Assembly: GCA_028714455.1 (NCBI GenBank) | Contig: JAQTMG010000003.1 | Span: forward strand, 39,834 to 103,833 | From: Patescibacteria group bacterium | GTDB taxonomy: Bacteria; Patescibacteriota; Patescibacteriia; CAIXNZ01 | Direction: 5' to 3' | DNA: 64,000 bases | Shown: piece after piece, positions 57,099 through 64,000 of the stretch | Layout: the number at the start of each line of letters is the position of its first letter | How positions within the stretch are numbered: position 1 is the stretch's first letter | Notes under the pieces: model-generated | The model's input: only the letters and a program-made list of their open reading frames with translations | Told to the model about the DNA's origin: nothing | Databases searched by the model: none | Made by a program: the position numbers and the translations under genes

Positions 57099-60000
57099 TT
57101 AGGGCTTCACTAAGGCGTTGGCATAAATGCCGCCGCGGAAGATGACATCATCCTCAACATAGTTACCACCATTGTAATTGATACTCCAATTCAGGTTAGG
57201 TGTTGATGCAGCAGCGTCGTTTAACAGAAGCTGGACTGAATCACCAAGGTTAGTCATAGCAGCGGTATTACCGTAAATATACAGTTTCTTGGTCTGACCC
57301 TTTGGTATGACAAAGTCCTTCTGGGCAAACAAGAATGCAGCAGCAGCAGGAGTACAGATATCTGTTGCGGCCAGAGTGGCATTATCCAAGATATTACCAT
57401 CTTCATCCTTCAAAACAAGGCCGGCGCTAGGTCCAGCGGTGCAGTGAGAAGAGATAGTAATCTTCAGTGTGTTTGCGCCAACGACTGGAAGAGTTGGACC
57501 ATCGAAAGTAACATCATCATTATTATCAGCCTTAACATTGAAGATAGCTAACAAAGTGTTAGCACCTGGTACTAGAGCGCCTGATGGCGAACTAGCATTC
57601 AAGCTGAAGTATGGTCGTGACTCATAAGCGAAATGGGTAGCAGGAATTGCTGCTTGCGCATTGGCTGTCTGTTGGCCAGATGACTTACCAGTTACATGGA
57701 TATCACCGGCGGCAAAAACTCGAGCCTGGATAGGATCGGCGTTACCTACGGTAACAGCATCAACCGGAGCGACATCAATTTTAACTGTCAAGGTAACACT
57801 GCCATTGGCCGGAATAGTAACTGTGTTGTCAGCCAAGACAAAGGTGGCTACAGATCCGCCAGAAGCAACAGCAACAGGATCGGTGATAGCACCGCCGTCA
57901 GCTCTTGAACTTGAATATAGATACCAGCTAGTTGCTACTGGTCCAAGAAGCGCTGTGGTTCTGTTAGTTCTAGCCCAAGTACCAGTTGTACCAACGACTG
58001 TAACAACAGTAGCAGATGACACAGTAAAGTTATTAACGCCGAAAGTAGTAACCGTGAAAGGACCGCTGCCTAATACTGGAGTAGAATCGGTTCCGCTCAA
58101 TCTGACAGTGTCACCGGTTGCGAGACCATGACCAGCGGAAGTAATAACTGGTAATGCTGTCCAGGTGCCTGCCGTAGCTGATGTTACACAACCAACGGGG
58201 GCGGCATAAGTAAAGGTAGCAGCGCCAGTTGTTGTAGCAGCAAATGTACCATTACATGTGCCATAAGCAGCGCCATTGACTGTAATGTTTATTGTAGAAC
58301 CAACAACTATTGGCAATGTGTGGTTAACAGCAGAAGTTACAGTTACTGTGCCAGCGGCCGAAACGATACCAGTAGTAGCACCAGTTGTTAAGCTGATTGC
58401 AGTGATAGCACCATTAGTACCTGTATCAGTCACCCTTACATCGTCAATGTCTAAATCCTCAACATTGTTAGCCTGTAATTTATAGACGGCCACAGTTTGC
58501 TTTGTTGAGCTAGCTATTAGCAATGATTTGCTTGGTGATGAAGCGTCTAATGATGTAGTTAAGATACCGGCAGCCGAATCAGTCATTTGCTGACCAGCGC
58601 CGCTATAAGCTACTGCAGGTGTGTTGCCTGTAGATTTGCCCGAAGCGGTTACGGCAGAAACATTCATGGTATGTCTATTTGGAGTAACAGTGTCACCCAG
58701 AGTAGACAAATCACCAACCACCGCAATCTTTACATAGCTACCCTTTGGCACAGTAATAACTTGAGTCAAAGAAATGGCTTTTGTAGCGGGGCTAACACCA
58801 GCAGCTGGCTGTTCATTGTTAGAGACTTTGGTCTCATACGCGTCGCCGCGTGTTGAGCTAGCTGGAGTTAAATCAGCCCAGATTGATAAATTCTGAATCT
58901 CTCTAAAGTCAGCACCTACTACAACGCTAGTAAAGGTGTCTCTAACTGTAACTGCGGAAACTCTCACATCTTCGCCAGAAGCAGTTGCGTCTAATGAAGC
59001 AGTTGCCCAGACAAAGTTTTGAGTACCGACAGCCACAGTGCGAGCGGCGGGTTGAGTTAAAGTTGCAGCACTCAAGGCAACAGCCAATATAGTTTGGACA
59101 TTGCCGTTTGCTGCAGCTGTAGAGATCGTCATGTTGTCCCTAGTGTTCATGCCAGTAGCAGTGATGTCAGTATTTGGAGTAGCAATATCAGCGCGAATAG
59201 TGCCGACAGCAGCTACGCCTGCGTTAGCAATAATATCAGTCTTAAAGGTGAATTTATGAGTACCTGTTGGCACAATATATGTATCTGTAAATACAGCGCA
59301 AACGCCAACAAAGCCGCAAGTAGCGCCAGTAGCATCATTGGTTATTGCTCTTGGACCAGCAATCGTGCTGCCAGTTTCATCAACCAATTTAGCGTTTGTT
59401 ATATTTGCCGGTAATAGACCTCCACCTAGAGTCAATTTAACTATAGTTCTTGTAATTTTGGCTGCTTCACCTCTAACTTCAAAAGCCCAAGTCGTCAAGG
59501 GCTGTTCTGAAGCTTGAGTGATATTGCCAGTTGCAGGAGAAGAGACATCCTTAGTTATATTTAAGATGCCGGTATTAACTGTTTGGTCAGTACCCTTACC
59601 ATCCCAACCATTAAGTATGACTGGAGTAAGGTAGAAACCATAAGTATTACCCTTAACAGTAACTAGGGCGTCTGTACCATCGGTTAAATCAAGGTTCAGA
59701 GTATTACCCGAACCGCTGACCACGTCGGTGTAGACCTGGAAAATATGTTTTGCGCCCTTTGGAATCACTACGTTCAAGGTACTAAAAGTAACTCTTGAAT
59801 TAGCATCAAAGGCAGCGACAGTTCCCAGAGTTCTACCCTCTGTCAAGCTGTACAATTCAATGTTGGCATAATCAACATTGCTAGCCGTACCAGCTTCTAA
59901 CAAGCTGATGGTCTCAACTGTTAGATCTTCGCCGGGACCAGCATTAACTTCAAATTGAGAAACCTGGACCCTCTTAGAGCCAGCGTCTGGCTTGCTGTCT

Positions 60001-61037
60001 GGCGGCAAAGCGTTTTTATCAACGCTAACAGAGCCTAAATCAGCCACCAAAACTACACTCATATAATTTCCCATAACAGGGAAAGCGCCAGTTACGGTGC
60101 CAGCATCCAAAACAACATCAGAAGCTGTTGAAATACCTAGAGCGATTGTATTGCCCCAAGGTGCCAAGCCAATACTTGCTCTGATAAAATAAGAAACAGA
60201 GGTATTGGCAGGGATAGATAATGATGGCACAAAAGTAACTAAAGCTTTGCTATTTGAACCCAAGCTAGCTACGCTACCAACAGTTGCGCCATTCATAGCC
60301 ACTAATTTGATGTTTGAAACATCATCATTAGAGCTTAAGCCAGTGCGTGTGATGTACATTGACTTAACTGTAGCAGCGGTATTGCCTGCGCTTAAAGTAA
60401 TTTTAGTAAAATTAGCAGAAGCAGTATCAGCTACCGTAGAAGCAGCTGGAGTATCAGAAGCCAAAGAAACATTTAGATTGCCACCTGTTGTAACTGAACC
60501 AGCTAAGCCCTTATCAACGTTAATTGATTGAGCGCCAGCTGTTGCGGCAGATGGAGAATAATCAGAAGCATTGTTTATCGGTGCGCCAACAGTGTAGTTG
60601 GTGAAAAATGCGTCTGACACATCCTCAACCTTGCTTGTCCAGGTTGCTCCGTACAAAGTAGAAGCAATGGATTCAGTAGTAATCCATCTTAATTGACCAT
60701 TAGCGGCTACGGCATAAACTTTGGGGTCAGTGGTAATTTTTACCATCTTAACGCCTGGTTTATAAGTAACGTTGCCTCCAATAGCGATAGTAGCTAATTC
60801 GCCGTCAGTGATTGTTCTCACTGTGGAAAAATCAGCGTACCATGTCTTGTATGTCTTCTCATTTGGGAAAACATATCTCTTGCCATCAGCACCGTAGTAA
60901 TAAACGGCTGGTAAAGATGCCTTGATCAAATCGCCCGAGCTGAAAGTTACAGCTTGCGCGCTTGGAACAAAGCCTGCCAAACCGATTGACCACATAATGG
61001 TCACCACCACAATACTGACAGTAAAAAACTTTTTCAT
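57099..61037 (-). CDS. Large secreted S-layer-like surface protein (about 1312 aa)
   Basis: Probable start MKKFF (61037); signal peptide; N-terminal CPR surface domain; Thr/Ala/Val-rich beta repeats; GCT/ACT-rich codon usage. Confidence 0.7.
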   Translation of the reverse strand: MKKFFTVSIVVVTIMWSIGLAGFVPSAQAVTFSSGDLIKASLPAVYYYGADGKRYVFPNEKTYKTWYADFSTVRTITDGELATIAIGGNVTYKPGVKMVKITTDPKVYAVAANGQLRWITTESIASTLYGATWTSKVEDVSDAFFTNYTVGAPINNASDYSPSAATAGAQSINVDKGLAGSVTTGGNLNVSLASDTPAASTVADTASANFTKITLSAGNTAATVKSMYITRTGLSSNDDVSNIKLVAMNGATVGSVASLGSNSKALVTFVPSLSIPANTSVSYFIRASIGLAPWGNTIALGISTASDVVLDAGTVTGAFPVMGNYMSVVLVADLGSVSVDKNALPPDSKPDAGSKRVQVSQFEVNAGPGEDLTVETISLLEAGTASNVDYANIELYSLTEGRTLGTVAAFDANSRVTFSTLNVVIPKGAKHIFQVYTDVVSGSGNTLNLDLTDGTDALVTVKGNTYGFYLTPVILNGWDGKGTDQTVNTGILNITKDVSSPATGNITQASEQPLTTWAFEVRGEAAKITRTIVKLTLGGGLLPANITNAKLVDETGSTIAGPRAITNDATGATCGFVGVCAVFTDTYIVPTGTHKFTFKTDIIANAGVAAVGTIRADIATPNTDITATGMNTRDNMTISTAAANGNVQTILAVALSAATLTQPAARTVAVGTQNFVWATASLDATASGEDVRVSAVTVRDTFTSVVVGADFREIQNLSIWADLTPASSTRGDAYETKVSNNEQPAAGVSPATKAISLTQVITVPKGSYVKIAVVGDLSTLGDTVTPNRHTMNVSAVTASGKSTGNTPAVAYSGAGQQMTDSAAGILTTSLDASSPSKSLLIASSTKQTVAVYKLQANNVEDLDIDDVRVTDTGTNGAITAISLTTGATTGIVSAAGTVTVTSAVNHTLPIVVGSTINITVNGAAYGTCNGTFAATTTGAATFTYAAPVGCVTSATAGTWTALPVITSAGHGLATGDTVRLSGTDSTPVLGSGPFTVTTFGVNNFTVSSATVVTVVGTTGTWARTNRTTALLGPVATSWYLYSSSRADGGAITDPVAVASGGSVATFVLADNTVTIPANGSVTLTVKIDVAPVDAVTVGNADPIQARVFAAGDIHVTGKSSGQQTANAQAAIPATHFAYESRPYFSLNASSPSGALVPGANTLLAIFNVKADNNDDVTFDGPTLPVVGANTLKITISSHCTAGPSAGLVLKDEDGNILDNATLAATDICTPAAAAFLFAQKDFVIPKGQTKKLYIYGNTAAMTNLGDSVQLLLNDAAASTPNLNWSINYNGGNYVEDDVIFRGGIYANALVKP

Positions 61038-61039
61038 AA

Positions 61040-61328
61040 GTAAATTCTTTAAATTGCTCTCGATCCAGAATCTGGCTGCTGGAAAATAAGGTTTTGACAT
61101 CCGTCTTCGCTTCGCCTCCAAGCCAACTCGGAGTCGACCTTTGCCAAAGCAAATGGGATCCCTATAGTCCGCTTAACCAAACCGTGAAAAGAGAGTGTTA
61201 ATTAGCTTCTTACCTCGCGGTAAGAAAATCCTCGGCCTTGCGGCCTCGGTTTTACTCACACCTTTCGGTATGAGCCAGCCCCAAACCGTCTGGTTTAGGG
61301 GTGGATGAACCACACTGCGATAATCACC
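61040..61328 (-). promoter_or_regulatory. Structured 5' leader or ncRNA upstream of the S-layer-like gene
   Basis: Four adjacent hairpins, three with GNRA loops (GAAA, GCAA, GCGA). Confidence 0.55.
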
Positions 61329-61415
61329 AAATTCCAAGCATCAAATCCCAAACAATATGGATAGTAGTTATAACAGTGTGATTCACCCAAATATATTTAA
61401 TTATTAATTTTCAAT

Positions 61416-62753
61416 TTAACTCTTTGTCTCTGTTTCTATCGCCTCGACCTTGGCAGAATCTGCTGGTTTGTCCGCCTCCTGATTTTCAACCGGCGCGACC
61501 AGGTACTGGCTGTTGGCGTCAATAACTTTATTAATGGTTGATAAAATATCATCGGCCTGATTTACCTGCACAAAGGCCTGCGAGACCGAGTTGCTCTTCA
61601 GATATTCCTCGGCTTTGGCCAACAGTTTTTCTATCTGGGCCGGCTTATCTTTCATCTCTTCAATAGTCGGCAAAACCTCGACTGGCGCTTCTGGTTCTAG
61701 CGCGGAAATATCGCTGTTGATATTCGTATTTGAATTGGTATTTAAATTTACATTCGAATTGGTGTTTAAATCAGTTCCGGAATTTGTATTTGTGTTGGCA
61801 TTTGAATTTGACTGTTCCTTATCAGCCTCGGTCGTAGTTGTTTTAGTCTTATCGATTGCCGTTGCCGCGTCCTCTTGCTTTTTCTCTGCCTCGACTTTGG
61901 CCGCTGCTTCAGCTTCGGCTTTAGCCTTGGCTGCTTCGGCTTTGGCCAGTTCCTCGGCTTTGGCCTTATTATCAATAATAGTCTGAATGTCTGTCTTGGC
62001 CCCCTCATTGTCTTTTTTCAAGCCCTCGATTCTTTCGCTAAGTTTCAATTTGAGCTCATCAAGTGAAACGTCTTCACTGCCGCTTTCAAATTCGTTAAGC
62101 ATAACTGAAAGCGCTTTATCGCCGGTTGCCTTGGAAACAATAATAGCGTCTGTCGTGTTGGAATCAGACTTAATTTCATCGCTCCTTAAAAGATCAACGT
62201 AGACGCTGGCCTGGCGGTCAACCATGTCAGCCAATTTCAAGGCCTTGCCTTTATCAGTCATTTCCAGCTTGGCCAGATTGCTTTTCACGTTCGCCATGTT
62301 CTCCTGATATTTTTTCAGAGGCAGTTCAAGTTTGGACTTATCGTTTGTTCGGCTCATCACTTTCTTCGCTTCATCCAAACGCAGACCGGCAAAGGACATT
62401 TCCAGATTTGTTTTCTTCTCATCGTTAAGCGCCAGATTAACCTGCAGGCGCTCGCCTGTCAGTTTTAAGCCCCAAAGCAAATCACCGGGCAAACTATTTT
62501 TAGTGGCGCCGACTCCGGCCGCCCAGATGCCGGAAACCGCGATCAGAATCGCGAAAGTCATGGCGACAGGCCTTAATATGGTAAAAGCAAATTTTTGAGC
62601 CAACACTTTTGACAATTTATTTGAATCAAGCTCACTTGTCTGGGCGATAATTTGGGCATGCAAAATCTCCCGGCTTTTTTCTTTCCAGGTTTGGTTGGGC
62701 AAAATCTTATTTTGCAAATTATTGAGTTGTCGCAAGAGTTCTTTTTTCTTCAT
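61416..62753 (-). CDS. Putative anti-sigma factor (DUF5667-like) with Asn-repeat linker
   Basis: TM followed by SLPGDLLWGLKLTGE; NSNANTNTNS repeats; directly downstream of the ECF sigma. Confidence 0.65.
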   Translation of the reverse strand: MKKKELLRQLNNLQNKILPNQTWKEKSREILHAQIIAQTSELDSNKLSKVLAQKFAFTILRPVAMTFAILIAVSGIWAAGVGATKNSLPGDLLWGLKLTGERLQVNLALNDEKKTNLEMSFAGLRLDEAKKVMSRTNDKSKLELPLKKYQENMANVKSNLAKLEMTDKGKALKLADMVDRQASVYVDLLRSDEIKSDSNTTDAIIVSKATGDKALSVMLNEFESGSEDVSLDELKLKLSERIEGLKKDNEGAKTDIQTIIDNKAKAEELAKAEAAKAKAEAEAAAKVEAEKKQEDAATAIDKTKTTTTEADKEQSNSNANTNTNSGTDLNTNSNVNLNTNSNTNINSDISALEPEAPVEVLPTIEEMKDKPAQIEKLLAKAEEYLKSNSVSQAFVQVNQADDILSTINKVIDANSQYLVAPVENQEADKPADSAKVEAIETETKS

Positions 62754-62771
62754 TATATTAGAAGTTGAAAT

Positions 62772-63341
62772 TTATTTTTTTGGCTCCTTGGCCACGAGTT
62801 CCTTAAGGGTGTTTAACGCTCGGTAGAGCAGCACCCTCACGTTGCCTTTTTTCTTTTCAATGATTTCGGCAATTTCGCCTATTGATAGATTCTCAATGTA
62901 GCGCAAGACAATTACTTCCCTGTATTCATCTTTCAGTTCCCGCAATTTTGTTTCCAGATCTTCTATGTCCAGGCCGACATCTATTTTTTCTAAGCTGCTT
63001 GTCGCCGCGCCCATTCTTTCATCTAAATTATCTTTCTCTTTTTCCAAAGATATTTCCGTTCCCTTGCTGGCTCTTCGGTAATAATCAACGATTAAATTTC
63101 TGGCGGTCTTGTAGAAAAATGCGTTCAAATTTTTTACTTTTTTTCCGTCCGCGATGTACTGCCAGGTTTTCAAAAATACTTCGGAGGAAAGGTCCTGGGC
63201 ATCTTCCGCGTTGGCAACTTTAAAAAAAATAAAGCGATAAATCCTGTCCAGATACAAATCGTAAACCTTGCTAAAGGCCTCCGGATCTTTATTCTTCGCT
63301 TTAAACAGTAAGTATTGATTTTTAAGTAAATTACCTTTCAT
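62772..63341 (-). CDS. ECF RNA polymerase sigma factor
   Basis: DAQDLSSEVFLKTW, FYKTARNLIVDYYR, EIAEII...GNVRVLLYRA. Confidence 0.92.
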   Translation of the reverse strand: MKGNLLKNQYLLFKAKNKDPEAFSKVYDLYLDRIYRFIFFKVANAEDAQDLSSEVFLKTWQYIADGKKVKNLNAFFYKTARNLIVDYYRRASKGTEISLEKEKDNLDERMGAATSSLEKIDVGLDIEDLETKLRELKDEYREVIVLRYIENLSIGEIAEIIEKKKGNVRVLLYRALNTLKELVAKEPKK

Positions 63342-63348
63342 CTTATAA

Positions 63349-63374
63349 GACGTAAAATTAAAAAAAATGTTACA
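63349..63374 (-). promoter_or_regulatory. ECF-type autoregulatory promoter
   Basis: TGTAAC-16 nt-CGTC, 7 nt upstream of the ATG. Confidence 0.7.
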
Positions 63375-63640
63375 GTTTTGTGCATAACATTTTCTTGAAA
63401 ATATGTTTCTAGGTGTTTTTGGGCATATGAGATTATCCTAATTATAAATCAAGGACAGAAATAAATCAAGCAAAATGTCAAGGCGTTAAATTAACAAAAT
63501 TTCGCTGAAATTAAGGCCTTTTATCCAAAATCAACTGTGTAAAACTTTCCTTGCCAATATTATTGTTATTTGTGCTATAATATTAGTAATAGTCTAATTG
63601 TCTAGATTATTCTAGACAAAAATACATATTATCACAACTT

Positions 63641-63919
63641 ATGCCGGAAATCAATTCAATTAGGATCTCTGTCTCCGAAGCCGCCCGCTTATTTGGCATT
63701 GACCCCAAAACAGTCAGACGAGCGCTGAAGGCGCAAGAGCTGCGCTATATAGTCGTACGCGGCCGGTACAAGCTTCATTTTGAGAGTCTGGTCAAGTGGT
63801 CGCAAAAGAAACCCACGGTTAAAAATAAGAGCGATAAATTCGGGCTGGGCCAGTATGTAGAAAAGTGGAAAATAAATAACAAGCACTACTCCCCTAATCC
63901 GAAGCAGCTGGAAAAATAA
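63641..63919 (+). CDS. Small HTH (MerR/Xis-like) DNA-binding protein
   Basis: SVSEAARLFGIDPKTVRRALK...GRYKL. Confidence 0.75.
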   Translation: MPEINSIRISVSEAARLFGIDPKTVRRALKAQELRYIVVRGRYKLHFESLVKWSQKKPTVKNKSDKFGLGQYVEKWKINNKHYSPNPKQLEK

Positions 63920-64000
63920 TATTGGCCGCTAATTACGCTCAACTAACTTTGCCAACCTTCCCCCAAAAGGCTCGAACACTTAAGTGTTCGAGCCGTGATT

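Noticed and set aside
61038-61152. Longer start for the S-layer gene and the 60886-61152 ORF
   Set aside because: The signal peptide begins at MKKFF (61037); the upstream sequence looks like structured leader.
63641-63919. Prophage excisionase marking a prophage boundary
   Set aside because: No integrase or phage genes within the window; cannot be supported, though sequence beyond 64000 is not visible.

Overview
Bacterial chromosome segment in the standard genetic code, most likely from a Patescibacteria/CPR genome, probably the ABY1 class. This is inferred from gene content, the mostly SD-less core genes, Asn-repeat linkers and a CPR-type surface domain. The left half carries cell-wall, division and housekeeping genes (prsA-like foldase, ftsB, thiI, murE, mtaB, murG, ftsW, murD, mraY, iscS/iscU, rpmA, pyrG, rplI, a CtpA-type protease, murA) and two tRNAs whose 3' ends are tandemly duplicated. 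The right half is a surface-glycan and S-layer locus: scattered rmlABCD, GT-C/GT4/GT2 glycosyltransferases, GtrA, three exported proteins sharing one domain, and an ECF sigma/anti-sigma pair. The main candidate for a new system is a stand-alone retron-like reverse transcriptase (44031-45257, minus strand; YADN instead of YADD; no adjacent effector). It is preceded by its own sigma70 promoter and a ~356-nt structured RNA that is closed by an a1/a2-like inverted repeat with a TTAGCGAG branch-G context. The RNA contains two near-duplicate large-loop hairpins and is separated from the RT by a terminator. Also present are two DGR-type target genes with no TR or DGR RT in the window, three REP-associated tyrosine transposase genes that carry REP palindromes inside their ORFs, composite REP elements, and a GNRA-rich structured leader on the S-layer-like gene. 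All calls come from reading the sequence by eye; no searches or folding were run.
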